Source: Dictyostelium discoideum
Taxonomy: Eukaryota
DNA: 64,000 nt
Direction of reading: 5' to 3'
NCBI GenBank assembly: GCA_000004695.1
Contig: CM000154.2
Coordinates: forward strand, 2,080,001 to 2,144,000
Made by a program: the position numbers and the translations under genes. Shown in pieces: positions 10,427-23,494 of the stretch. How positions within the stretch are numbered: position 1 is the first letter of the stretch; the number at the start of each line of letters is the position of its first letter. The notes under the pieces are model-generated. The model was not told the origin of the DNA. It did no database searches and saw nothing but the letters and a program-made list of their open reading frames with translations.

Positions 10427-11425
10427 ATGACATCAACAAATGAACCAATTCCAACTGAAGAAGAAATTAAAAATGGATTTAAATTTATTCAAGATGAAAT
10501 TTGTAAATTTTTAATTACAACAACAGGTGGTCATCAACAATATAGTGAAGATAAATGGGATTATACTAAAGGTAGTGGTGGTGGTATTAGTAGAGTTTGG
10601 GAAGGAAAAGAAGAGGAAGGATTTTATTTAAACCAAGATTACCAATCACAAAACAACAAATGTGACAAAATTGAAAAAGGTGGTGTTAATTTCTCTTATA
10701 TCGTTGGTAGTAATTTACCATCAGCAGCAGCAACTCAATTTAAAATAGCACCAGATACCAAATACATTGCCACTGGTGTAAGTCTAGTCATCCACCCATA
10801 CAACCCAAATGTGCCAACCATTCATATGAATGTAAGATACTTTGAAGCTGGTGATGTTTGGTGGTTTGGTGGTGGTGTTGATTTGACACCAGTCTACCCA
10901 AAATTAGATCAAGTCGTTGAATTTCATTCAACATTGAAAAAAGTATGCGACCAATATGGCCAAGAGGAGAACAAAACCTCATACGCATTGGGTAAGGCAG
11001 AATGTGACAGTTATTTCTTCCTTCCACATAGAGGTGAAACCCGTGGCGTTGGTGGTTTATTTTTCGATCATCTTAAATCCGATAAAGCAAAGACTTGGAA
11101 GTTCATCTACCAATTAGGTTTATCATTCATCGATCTCTATAAACCATTCCTTGTTAATAATAGTTCAATCTCTTATGATAAAGTTCAAAGAGAATATCAA
11201 CTATATCGTCGTTCTCGTTATGTTGAATTCAATCTCCTCTTTGATCGTGGTACTAAATTTGGTATTCTCTCTGAAGGTCGTACTGAATCAATCCTTATGT
11301 CATTACCTGCAGTTTGTAAATGGAAATATAATTATAAACCAGAAGAAAATACTCCTGAAGCAAATTTATTAACTTTTTTGAGACCAAGAGATTGGTTAAA
11401 CGAAAATCAAGAAAATAAAAATTAA
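10427..11425 (+). CDS. hemF: Coproporphyrinogen III oxidase (aerobic), 332 aa
   Basis: Motifs WWFGGGVDLTPVYP, HRGETRGVGG and RRSRYVEFNLLFDRGTKFG are hallmarks of the HemF/CPOX family. Single exon. Confidence 0.9.
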   Translation: MTSTNEPIPTEEEIKNGFKFIQDEICKFLITTTGGHQQYSEDKWDYTKGSGGGISRVWEGKEEEGFYLNQDYQSQNNKCDKIEKGGVNFSYIVGSNLPSAAATQFKIAPDTKYIATGVSLVIHPYNPNVPTIHMNVRYFEAGDVWWFGGGVDLTPVYPKLDQVVEFHSTLKKVCDQYGQEENKTSYALGKAECDSYFFLPHRGETRGVGGLFFDHLKSDKAKTWKFIYQLGLSFIDLYKPFLVNNSSISYDKVQREYQLYRRSRYVEFNLLFDRGTKFGILSEGRTESILMSLPAVCKWKYNYKPEENTPEANLLTFLRPRDWLNENQENKN

Positions 11426-11594
11426 TTTAAAAAATATATATAAAGAAATAAAATAAAATAATAATAAAAATTGTAATTTTAATTAAAAAATTTTAAAATT
11501 AAAATAAATAAATATTTAAACAAAATATTTTATTAATATATTTATATATATATATTTTATTTTAATTATATATATATTAATAATAACTATATAT

Positions 11595-11633
<39 letters not shown>

Positions 11634-11690
11634 ATAAAGTTAAAAAGAGTGAATGTTGATAATTATTTTTTTTTTTTTATTTTTTTTTTC

Positions 11691-13291
11691 CTAACCACTT
11701 GTATGATTACATGGAACTAAACCTTTAACACCATTAAGTTCAGCATCATACCATTCACCATTTTGTTTGAAAACTGTAATCATATCACCTTTTTTAAATG
11801 ATAATTCAGTTGAATCTTGACCTTGGAAATCATAAAGTGCTTGAACACGTTTAGTTGTTGGTGCTGGTGCTGGTGTTGGTAATGGACGACCACTAGCCAT
11901 GGTTGTTGATCTAGGTTTGTTGAGAATAACACCTGAATTTGTAGCAGGTGTTGGTAATGGACGACCTGATCCACCATTGACTGGTGATGTATTAACTGTT
12001 GGTTTATGTAAATTGATAGATGGTTGTGGTTGAACGTGTGGTGAAGAGTAAGGAACTTCATCTTGTTGTTGTGGCGATGATTGATATTGTTGTGGTGGAT
12101 AATGTTGTTGTTGTGGTGATGGTACTCCATAACTTGGTTTCGATAAATTAACAGAGTTATTTGTAGTGGTTGTAGTGGTGGTAGTGGTTGAATAAGGTGA
12201 AGAGTCATATGATGATGATGAAGATGGTGAAGGAGTTGCAATAGTTGAAGCTCTTGGTCTTTGAGTTGGTGTGCTACCATTACTACTAAATTCCTTTGGA
12301 CTTGTAAAAACACTTGATGATCTAACATTTCTACTCATTGAACTTGATTCGACTGGTGTGATAGCTTGAGGGTGAGTTGTTGCTTCAAACTCATTAATAT
12401 GTTGCACTGATGCTAATGCACCTTGATATTCTGCTGCTGCTCTTGCAAAATATTCATTATTTCTATTTATAAAACATGCAAATGATGGATCGAATGCTAA
12501 TTTTCTATCATCAAATAATGCATACATATCTTTCATAATTTCATCACTTAATTCTTGATATGCTTCTTTTGTTTTTGTATGTTTATTTTCAGTCTAAATA
12601 AATAAATAAACCAACCAATAAATTAAAATAAAATTCATTTTATATGTAAATCAAATTTAAAAAAATCAAATAAAATCAAATAAAAAAATCAAACACACAT
12701 ACCTTTTGTAAACTTGATGCATCTTTACCTTTATTTGCTTTAATATTGTAATCTCTATAATATCTATCCATATCTAATCTTCTAAGATCCAATTCTTCAA
12801 GACGAGATCTAATATCTCTGAATTGTGATAAATAAACTCTTAATGGATCATGGTAGTAATTTTCTAAAATTTCTTCAATTCTAATTCTTTCTTGTTCAAG
12901 TGATGTTGATACCTCTTGATAAGCTTTAATTGCTGGGTCATTCTCATTAAGTGCTAATAAATCATGTGAAATTTCATTTTGTAAAATATTGATTTCTATT
13001 AATTTTTTAAAAAAATAAAAAAAAAAATAAAAAAAAAAAAATTAGTATTTCGTTTAAATTTTTTATATATTATGTGTATATTAAACACAAACCTTTTAAA
13101 GTTGCTTCATATTTATCAACATTTTTATTTAATCTTTTCATTAATTTAAAAAGGGTGAATAATTTTTCTTTTTCTGCAACAATTTTACTATCGACAGTAG
13201 TTTCTGCAGCACCAAATGATGCTAAAACCTTATGTTTAGTTCTTGCAAAATTTGTTTTTATTGAACCCCAAGATGTTTTTTCTTTTGACAT
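11691..13291 (-). CDS. BAR-domain plus C-terminal SH3 protein (amphiphysin/Rvs167-like), about 464 aa, 3 exons
   Basis: Exons on the minus strand: 13291..13093, 12995..12703, 12593..11691. Donors are gtttgtg and gtatgtg; acceptors are atag and ttag. Phases are consistent. The N-terminal BAR-like helix (...DPLRVYLSQFRDIRSRLEELDLRRLDMDRYYRDY) is followed by a P/S/Q-rich linker and the SH3 ALYDFQGQDSTELSFKKGDMITV...WYDAELNGVKGLVPCNH. Confidence 0.75.
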
Positions 13292-13654
13292 TTTTTTTTT
13301 TTCTTTTTTTTTTTATAAATTAATAGTTATTCTATTTACTATTATTTTATTATTGTTATTATTATTACTATTACAATATTATTTATTTGTTTTTTTTTAT
13401 TTTTTTTTTATTGTTATGTGGTTATAAGAATGTGAAAAGGTTATAAAAATTTAAATTAAAAAAAAAATTAAAAAAAATTAAAAAAAAAAAAAATTAAAAA
13501 AAATTAAATAAAAAAAAAAAAAAAAAATATTAATTCAAAAAAAATAAAATTAAAATAAAAAATAAAAAACAATATCTGAAATCTAAAACTGACATCGCCA
13601 TCTGAAACTCACTTTTTTCTTTTTTCTTGAAAATATTTTTTTTTTATTATTTTA

Positions 13655-13755
13655 TTACTTGAGGAGTCCTCCAATATTTGACAGGAAATCCTTTAAATTA
13701 TCTTCTTTATTTTGAATATTTTTACTTCCTGCTTGGGTGATTTTAACTTTTTTAC

Positions 13756-13831
<76 letters not shown>

Positions 13832-14704
13832 TGATTTAGAGGGAGTTGTAGATTTATTATTATTATTATTTTTATTATTGGAAATTGAATTATTATTATT
13901 ATTGGAAATTGAATTATTATTTTTATTTTTGGAAATTGAATTATTTTTATTGGAAATTGAATTATTTTCTTCATTTAAATTTTTCATATTATTTTGTCCA
14001 TTAATAGAATTGTTTTTTATATTATTTAAATTGTTTATATTACTATTATTATTATTATTTATTATTATTTCTTTTTCTTTTTTTATAAATTGTTTTCTTG
14101 AATTTCTTTTTGATAATGGTTCACCTTTAATTGGGTTTAATTTACAACATTGTAAACAAAATTGAATTAAAGCATTTGTGGGTTTCTTTGATTGATTTTG
14201 TTTTAATGAAGATTGTTGTTTAAGTTTTGAAGAGAGTGAATTAATTTCTAAATTTGTTGTAGAGATTAATGATTTTGATCTAATTGATAGGTCTGAACGT
14301 TTTACGATTCTAACTCTACAATTTACACCTGGTATTAAGAAAGTACCACAATTTTTACAATTTCTAGTTTCAATTTGATCTGGTACACCATTCATTTCAG
14401 CAATATTTGCAATCTCTCTAAATTTATACATATAATAACCACCTAATGATGGATTAATTGGTTGAGAACAATGTGATAATGACCAAAGATAATTTAAATT
14501 CTTTTCTTCAATTAATTCATCTTCTTCAACTTCTTTACTAACACTATTTACAAATTTTAATTTTTTACCACCATCTTTGACTTCAACTGCTTCTTGAAAT
14601 ATATTTTCATTATCATATAATTTTCTTTTTAATGAATTATTTTTATTATTGTTATAGTTATTATTATTTTGCATTATTACATTGTGGTTGTTGCTGTTAT
14701 TCAT
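13655..14704 (-). CDS. RNase P/MRP subunit Rpp21/Rpr2-like zinc-ribbon protein, 349 aa
   Basis: RNCKNCGTFLIPGVNCRVRIVKR ... IQFCLQCCKLNP gives the CxxC...CxxC arrangement typical of Rpr2/Rpp21. The C-terminal half is poly-N/S low complexity with (ATT)n at 13777-13830. Family call is moderate. Confidence 0.5.
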
Positions 14705-14857
14705 TGTAAAAAAATTTTTACGACTATGTTTTTAATTTTTTTTTTTTTTTTAATTTTTTTTTTTTTTTTCGCCAATGGGGTTTTTATTTTTATTTTTTTT
14801 CAATTTTTAATTTTTTAATTTTAATTAATTTCAAGTCATCAATACCATAGACACACA

Positions 14858-15286
14858 ATGACAAGAGTTAAGACAGTGATGACTAATGAAAACAATAAAT
14901 ATGATTTCATATTTAAAGGGATTAATTTAACAAAATCAATATTTATAGTTGGTTTAGTAATTAGATTAGTTTTAATTGTTTTCGCTGAATGGCAAGATGC
15001 AAATAGTAAGATATTTACCTTTAAGAAAATTAGATTCTTATCAATAAATAATAATAATTTAAAATTTTATTAATTTTTTTATTTTTTTTTTTTCAAAAAT
15101 TAAAGTGTTAGTAAAATATACAGATATTGATTATGTAGTATATACAGATGCATCAAGAGCTGTTGTAAATGGTTTATCACCATATGATAGATCAACATAT
15201 AGATATACACCATTATTGTAGGTTTTCAAATTATAATAGTAATAGGCAACAACAACAACAACAACAACCACAACAACAACAACAAC

Positions 15287-15352
<66 letters not shown>

Positions 15353-16650
15353 TATCATAAATTTAGATTATTAATATTGAAAAATTATGATTTATTATTT
15401 TTTTATAGGGCTTATTTATTAGTTCCAAATATTTTAATTCATCCAGCATTTGGTAAATTATTATTTGTAATTTGTGATATGATCATTGCATATCTTTTAA
15501 AAGGTATTCTTTTAGAAAGATTTCCAAAGATCACATCAAGAACATTATTGATTTGTTTAGCATCATGGTTATTAAATCCATTCTCAATCAATGTATCAAC
15601 AAGAGGTAATGCTGAATCTGTTATTGGTGCAATGGTTTTAGCATCTTTTTATTTCTTAACAAAAAAGAATTTAACTTTAGCTTCAATTTTGTATGTATAC
15701 CAAACCACTACCTCCTCCTCCTTTTAATTTATTTTTCATATATATAATACTAATGATAGTTTTTAAAAATAGTTATGGACTTTCAGTACATTTTAAAATT
15801 TATCCAATCATTTATTCAATTCCAATGTATTTATACATTGATGAAAACTTTTTCTCAAGAAAACCATCAGAATATACATCACTCAATAATAACTTTAAAA
15901 ATATTTTCAAAAACTTTTTTAATAAGAATAGATTAAAATTTTTCTTAATTTCTGCATTTACATTTATTTCATTAACTTTTATAATGTATTTAATGTATGT
16001 ATTATATTATAAACAACAATAATAATAATATTTGATAGTTATATTAATATATATTTTATTTATTTATTTATTTATTTAATTTTAGATATGGTTATATATT
16101 TTTATTTGAAACTTATTTATATCATGTAATTAGGGCAGATAATAGACATAATTTTTCAGTTTATTTTTATCAAATTTATTTGAATACGCCAATTGTTGAA
16201 ACAGTAGGTGATTTAGTTGGTAAGGTTAATGGAAGTAATATGATTGTTGCATTGGCATCATTTTTACCACAAGTTATATTATTATTAGCAATTACATTGG
16301 TTTATTTCAATGATTTAGAATTTTGTTTATTATTAGAGACAATTACATTTGTGGCTTTCAATAAAGTTTGTACCGTTCAATATTTCATTTGGTATTATTC
16401 AATCTTACCATTAGTTATACCAAGTAGTAGTTTAGGATTAGTTCAATACATTATTCTATTTGCAGTTTGGATGGGTTCACAAGGTTTATGGTTTTATTCT
16501 GCTTTTAATTTAGAATTTTTAGGTTTACAAACTTTTTGGAATATTTGGGTAGCTGGTTTATTATTTTTCATTGCAAATATTTATATTTTAGTAAAATTAA
16601 TTTTAAATCATAATCCAATTAAAGTTAATCAATATTTAAAATCAAAATAA
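14858..16650 (+). CDS. pigM: GPI mannosyltransferase I (PIG-M), about 442 aa, 5 exons
   Basis: Exons 14858..15005, 15106..15217, 15409..15690, 15773..15994, 16086..16650. Donors are gtaaga, gtaggt, gtatgt, gtatgt. The spliced product aligns with human PIGM throughout ([80 protein letters not shown]). Confidence 0.85.
15246..15349. repeat. (CAA)n followed by (AAT)n microsatellite inside PIG-M intron 2
   Basis: A pure trinucleotide run visible in the sequence. The (ATT/AAT)n encodes poly-I in the minus-strand ORF track and is not a real gene. Confidence 0.9.
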
Positions 16651-16746
16651 AATTAAATTAATAATAATAATAAAAATATTTTTTTAAAAAATTTGAATAA
16701 ATAAATTGTTTTTTATTTTTTTTTTTAATTTGTTTTATTATTATTA

Positions 16747-17280
16747 TTATTGTGGTGTTATAGTTGGTGGTGATGGTGTTGAAATTGATTCAATTATTGT
16801 TGTTGTTATTGGTGGTGGTGGTGGTATTATTGTTGATTCAAAATCAGTTGACTGTTTTTGGTTATTTAATTTTTTTAAATTCTTTTTTCTAATAATATAC
16901 CAAGATAAAGAGATAGCGGTAAATAATGCTAATAGACCAACTAAAAATCCAACAGCTGAAAGTATTAATTTATTATTATTTGTTGGTTCAGGTGGTACAA
17001 CACAAGTTAAATTTGTATTTATATATGGTTGATCATTTGAAATGATTTTATAATCAGTTGGATTGAATGAAATTGATTGATTAAAGTATGGAATTCTTAA
17101 AATTACATTCACTGTGCTATTTCCATGAGTTACTGATTTCTTTAAAATTTTAATTGTTCTAATATTATTATCAATTTTAATCTTATTAATAAATTGAACA
17201 TATAATGAAACATAATCATTTGTAGTTAAATACCAAATAATTTCGGTTGAATTTAATTTTTTTGAATTTAAATAATTATA

Positions 17281-17340
<60 letters not shown>

Positions 17341-20300
17341 TGAATTTGTATTTGAATTGTTATTGTTATTATTATCTTTTTCAAAAACCCAAGGAGTTTG
17401 ACTAAATCTAGTGAATGAAGTTGTACGACATAATGGTCTTGATTTATCTTTAATAATATTTGTACTTTCCATAACAATATCTAAGTAATTTGTACGTTCT
17501 TGGAATGGCCAGTCATTAATATTTATTAATAATCTTATACTACCATATTCTAATGGTAAATATTTTGAATTATAATTTTTAAAATTTTCATTATTGCTTT
17601 GATTTCTCAATGACAATGGTTCAACAAATACTAAGGTAATCTTTGCATAATTGAATAAGATACTAGTATAGTTTTTAATTATACCGAAATCCGGATCAAT
17701 AATAGTTTCACCGACTTTCCAATCAGCTTGAATTGATAAATCTACCTTTTCAACTATTTCACCATCAAATGTATATTCAATTAAATTCTTTATACCAAAT
17801 AAGAAGATTGTACCATTATCAGTTTTAATTTTTTGTAATGGATCATTTGTATTGAAATCTTGAATTAATGGTTTCTTTGGCTCACTTGATACATTATCAT
17901 TGGGAGAGTTTAATAAAACTGGAACATTACAATTTGGACCTGACCAACCTTGATTACAAACACATTGACCAAATTGACATTGACCATGATTTGAACAAGT
18001 TGTTAATGCATCACAATTATAGTATTTATCATCTAAATCATAATAAAAAAATATTAAATCTTTTGATGTTAAATTATTTACTGTAACCCAAATTAATTTT
18101 TCAATATCAATTTCATCAATATCAATCATATCGTTTGAATTTGTTGTTGTTGTTGTTGAAGAAGAAGAAGAAGATGATGATGATGATGATATTGAACTGT
18201 TATTATTATTATTATTATTAATTACAGATGGCGGTAATAAACATTTAATTGTTGTATCAAATTTTAATAATTGTAAATTTAAACATTGAATTGGTTTTTT
18301 ATCTTGTTTATCTTTTAATATTACTGAAATTAGTGATGTATCATTACCAAAGTTATTACCATATATTGTGATATAACCACCCATTTTAAAACCAACGGTT
18401 GTATAATTTTCAATGAATGGTTCTTGATATTGAAATACTAGTGAATCTGTTGACAATTCGTCATTAACAATTAATGAAAGAGGTAAATTTGAACCTGATC
18501 CTCTTTCAATATCAATTGAAAATATATTTCTTTTAATTGATTTAATTGGTACGATTTTATTATTAATTGATATGATTACACTATCGGATTGAGTGAAATT
18601 CTTATAATAGTTTACATTCAATTTAATAATTCCACCCAAAGTTGGAGATTTTTCAATTGATTTTATAAATGGTATTGATAATTTATCAACAATCTTTTTA
18701 ATACTATTATCATATAATTGAATAGATAATGATAAACCATTATAATTTATTCCACTTTCTAAAATACAACTAATCATACTATTACCATTGGTTTGGTTAA
18801 ATTCCATTGTCATATTATTACATTTCAAATAGTCACTACCACTACCACTACCACCACCACCAACTACTACTGATTTAAATATATTTGTAAAATCTAAATT
18901 TGAGGTTTCAACTCTCATTGATAATAATCCTTTAATTGTTGAACTTAATTTTATATTTGAAAATGTTGGGGATTTAATACAACTATCATTATAATAAATA
19001 TAATCAATTTCACATTTACATCTATAAGATCCATATAAATTCTCACAAATACTATTAAGTGGACATTGTATTGATGTTGTTGTTGCATCTTCTGTTGGTG
19101 GCTTCATTAATAAACATTCATCTATATCAACACAATTTGAATTTAAATATTTAAAACCATCTTTACAATCACAAGCACCTGTTTCTTTATTACAAATAAA
19201 AGTTTCATTTTGTTGATTTATTGATGTACTAGTAATATTTAAACATGTTGCTGAATTCACTGATTGATATTTCATAAAACCTTGATTACAGTTACATTTA
19301 AATGAACCAATTGAATTAACACATGTTGAGAATTTTGAATCACATGGTTTCTTTGTTAAACATTCATTCTCGTCAATACAAATACCAGTATTATTATCAA
19401 TAAAACCTTCTTTACATTTACAAATATTATTTGAACAAAAATTATTTGGTAATTCTGAACAATCATTATCAATTTCACATGCTATAAAAAATTAAATTAA
19501 AATTAGATTATGCATGTATATTTTTTTTTTTTTTTTTTCCTTTTTTTTTTAAAAATAAATAAATTATAATTACATTTTAAATTACAATTTTCACCATTCC
19601 AATTTGAATGACATTCGCATTTTGAATTAATACAATCACCATGTTGACAAATTATTGAACAAGTATCAGGAAATGTAATTTTTGAACCTAAATCAATCGA
19701 TTGATCATATATTTCAGTTGATGGACATTTACTATTTGGTGTTAATGATAATATATTGGTGAAATCTTCTAGATCATGTTCTGGACACATATAATTATAC
19801 AATTTTGAAATTGGTGGATAATAATAATCATATGAAATATATTGACATGGTGATTGATTTTCTAAATAGAAATATTCATATTTTATAATATCATTATCAC
19901 ATAAGTACCTTTTTTGAGTTTCAAATAAATCAATAGTTTGTGTTTTAAAAATTGATAAATATTTCATATCACCACCATTAATTATTAGATTCTTACATGT
20001 TTCTTCATCACTCTCTGGATATCTTGGTAAAAAATTTAAAAATGTACTTTGATCACCTTCATTTATTTTTGGAAATGTAATATTTGAAAAATCTTCAATT
20101 GGATTCTTTAAAACACTTAAAATTGATTTTTTGTTTGTTGATGTATTTTTAAAATTACACTTAAAAAAAAAAGGTGAAAAAAAAAAAAGGTAAAAAAAAA
20201 AGGTAAAAAAATAAAAAAATTAATGAGTTGTTTCTTTTTTTTTTACCACACCGATTTAATTTTTTGAATCTTTTTTTTTTAAAAAAAAAATAAAAATAAA

Positions 20301-20450
20301 AAAACATACATAAATAATTTTTAATGATGAAAGCCCTTTTTCGGTACTAGTACAATTACCATCATTTTTATAATAATTTAATGGACATATTGCGATAATG
20401 TTTTTTATATAAAATATAAAAATAAATATTATTATAATGCACCTAAACAT
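16747..20450 (-). CDS. Large type I membrane protein with Ca-binding EGF-like and IPT/TIG domains (Tgr/LagC-like adhesion family), about 1153 aa, 3 exons
   Basis: Exons on the minus strand: 20450..20310 (signal peptide MFRCIIIIFIFIF..., donor gtatgt), 20159..19574, 19481..16747. Features are EGF-like C6 repeats (DENECLTKKPCDS...CNCNQGF; CDCKDGFKYLNSNCVDIDEC), an IPT/TIG-like block (PFIENYTTVGFKMGGYITIYGNNFG...ISVIL), poly-N/S linkers, a TM segment (LILSAVGFLVGLLALFTAISL) and a short basic tail. Confidence 0.7.
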
Positions 20451-20611
20451 TTTTTTAAAGAATTTTTTTTTTTTTTTAAATCTTTGCCTATATAAATTAA
20501 ATTGAGTTTAATTTATAATTTTTTTTTCAAATGTACAAACATGTATTTGTATGTTCTAATTTCCTTTTATATTTTTAAAATAAATAAATATAATAATTTT
20601 AAATGTTTAAT

Positions 20612-20645
<34 letters not shown>

Positions 20646-21451
20646 TTTTTTATTTTATTATCTGATTTTAAAAATAATAATAATAATTATTATTATTATT
20701 ATTTTTTTAAAAAAAAATACTTTTTTATTATAATAATTTAAAAAAATAAAAATAAAAATAAAAATAATAATAATAATTTAAAAAATATAATTTTAAAACA
20801 AAAAAAAAAAAGGAAAATGGGTTAGTGTTTAAGAGTGAAAGTTTTGGAATGTGTGGGGTAGATAGTATTTGTGCAATTGTATTTTTTTTTGTTTCCTTAA
20901 AATACAAAGTTACTTGCAATATGAACAAAAAAAAAGAATTTAATTACAATTTAAATTTAAATAATTTTATTTATGTGGGAAAGTTAAGTATTATAAATTT
21001 AAAAAACTACTACTTACTAAAAAATATAATCAATCTTTTAGATGGAAAAAAAAAAAAAAATTAAAATAAAAAATAAAAAATAACCCCTCTTTCAGTATTC
21101 CATATATGGAATTGTATTAAAAACAGTTTCTTCTTATAATAACAAGATTAAATAAAGATAAATCAATAGTAATGAAAAAAAAAATAAAAAAAAAATAAAA
21201 ATAATACTAAAAATATAAAATAATAAAAAAAAAAAAAAAGGTAAATACTTTTTATTTATTAACTATTGTACAAATATATATACAAACGTAAATATATTTA
21301 TTAACCATATAAACATATTTATATTTAATGATATTTTTGAGATAATATACGTTTATGTTTTTGTTAATTGTGGGGGAGAGAGTGAGAGAGAGTGAGAGAG
21401 AGAAAATGGAGATGATTGATTCTATATTTACAATAATGACAATTTAATTTA

Positions 21452-22432
21452 CTATTCATCGGGATCAGTTTCTTCATTAACACTAACACCAAATAACTCT
21501 ACAGACTTTTCTAAAATCATATCTACATTCAAATCTTTAATCTAGATTATAATAAAAATAAAAATGATAGAACCCAATGAAAGGTTAATAAAAAATAATT
21601 TAGTATTATTATTATTATTATTATTATTTTAATAATAAATATAAATTATTGTTATTTTTTTTTTTAAACAACCTTTCTATAATAAAAAAATAATAATAAA
21701 AATAATATAACTTACATTCAATAAATAATTTAAAATGTCGGTTTTATTTGTTTTATCCAAAATTAAAGGTTTTTTTGATTGAAGTATCGCTAAAGAAATA
21801 TAAGCCATGTAATCCAAAGAAACACCAATAATTCTATCCCATATTCTATCCATTGAATTTGTTGGGAAACAACATGTAAAAAAGCTCTTAAACCAAACTG
21901 TACTAAACATGTCAACATGTATTTTATGATGTTTAAAATGAAAACTTAATCCCCTATCATGAATTTCTAATAATCTAGTTAAACTATTAATTTGATGACA
22001 AAGTCCTATATCCTAAAAATAATAAATAAAATAATAAAAATAATTAATAAAATAAAATAAAATAAAATAAAATATATATAATACAGTGAGTGATTAATTG
22101 TTATATTAAAATTTAGTGTGAGAAAGTAAAAAAAAAAAATATATATATATATATATTTATAAATAATAAATAAATAATAAATAATAATAATTTACCTTAT
22201 GACCATATTGTTTTAAAGGTAAATTTAAAAAATTATTTAAACACCAATATGCATCAACTTCAGATTCACAAACGTAACAAAAAACCTCTGCCATTGATCT
22301 TAATGTTTCATCAACTTGAAATTCTTGTAAATTTGATTTATTATTATTATTTACATTCATTTGGGTTGTATATCTTTTTATTAAATCATCTAAATCATGT
22401 TTACTAATACCACTATTATGATTAAAATTATT

Positions 22433-22463
<31 letters not shown>

Positions 22464-23285
22464 TTATTATTATTCTTATTATCGTTACTATTCGCTTTTT
22501 GAAGATCAAATATAGAAAATGATAAATCCATTTGAGGTTTCTTTTGAAATGATGTTGAGTTTTGATTATGTTGATTATGTTGATTATTGTGATGGGTATT
22601 ATTATGTTGATAGTGATTATTGCTATTATTATTATTATTATGATTACTAATTTGATTATTAGTATTATTATTAGTATTAGTATTATGGTTTTGATTATTA
22701 TTTTGGTTATTTTGTATATTATTATTTGCTTGATTAAGATTAGCAGCAGTTGCAATATAATATAATGAATTTTGATAATTAAAGTATTGTTCTTTTGTAG
22801 TGTATATAATTGTTAAACCAGTTGAAGCTAATTGTATTGCATTTTTAATAACTTGTTCATCAGTACTTTGAGAGTTTTCTTTCCAACTTGAATAAAATGA
22901 ATTCAATGGTACTGTTAAATTTCTTTTTACACTTAAAACTGCATCTTTAATATCCTCATATTCAATCGTACGTTGTTCTAATACTAAATCCCATGATTCT
23001 TGATATGATGATGTTACTCCTAATAATATCCTCCAAACCTTTGATCTATATTGATTTGGTATATCAAATAAATTACAAATTTTCTTTAATTTACCTAAAT
23101 CTATTAAAAACAATATTAATATAATCCATAGGGGTGGGTGTATGTGTGTGTAGTGTAATTAATATAAACATGAAAAATTTACCTATTACTCTATGTTCAA
23201 AAATTGCTTCTAATGATGTTTTTAATTGAGATCCACCTTTAAATCCTAATGCATTTAAATAAGCTGTTCTAAAATCTCTTCTCAT
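21452..23285 (-). CDS. TBC-domain Rab GTPase-activating protein, about 464 aa, 4 exons
   Basis: Exons on the minus strand: 23285..23183, 23100..22196, 22012..21716, 21541..21452. Donors are gtaaat, gtaaat, gtaagt. The IPNQYRSKVWRILLG (RxxxW) TBC signature lies in exon 2 and the TBC C-terminal half in exon 3. Long N/Q/H insert in exon 2. Confidence 0.7.
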
Positions 23286-23494
23286 ATTAAAATATTTAAA
23301 AATTGTGTCAACATATATAAAAACACAGAGAAAAAAAATAAAAAAAAATAAAAACTAATTGGCAAATAAAATAAAAAAAAAATAAAAAATACTGAAAAAA
23401 AAAGATTTTTTTTAAAAAAAAAAAAAAAAAAAAATAAAAAAAAAAAACTATTAAAGCAAAATTCTTCATAATAAAAATAAAAATAAAAATAAAA

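Noticed and set aside
11780-12328. ORF 11780..12328 (minus strand, H/Q/L-rich) overlapping the BAR-SH3 gene
   Set aside because: This is another frame of the P/S/Q-rich linker of the BAR-SH3 exon 3. The in-frame reading that carries the SH3 domain is the supported one.
13693-14165. ORFs 13693..13974 (minus strand) and 13737..14165 (plus strand), predicted to encode poly-I and poly-L proteins
   Set aside because: These are translations of the (ATT)n/(AAT)n tract in other frames or on the opposite strand of the Rpp21-like gene's poly-N region, and they have no independent coding signal.
21366-21405. (GA)n/GAGAGTGAGAGAGA tract just downstream of the TBC gene stop
   Set aside because: This is a short purine microsatellite in the 3' flank. 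There is no hairpin or poly-T context for a terminator-like element and no evidence of function.
22390-22765. ORFs 22390..22755 and 22562..22765 inside the TBC gene
   Set aside because: These are alternative-frame and opposite-strand readings of the N/Q/H-rich low-complexity insert of TBC exon 2.
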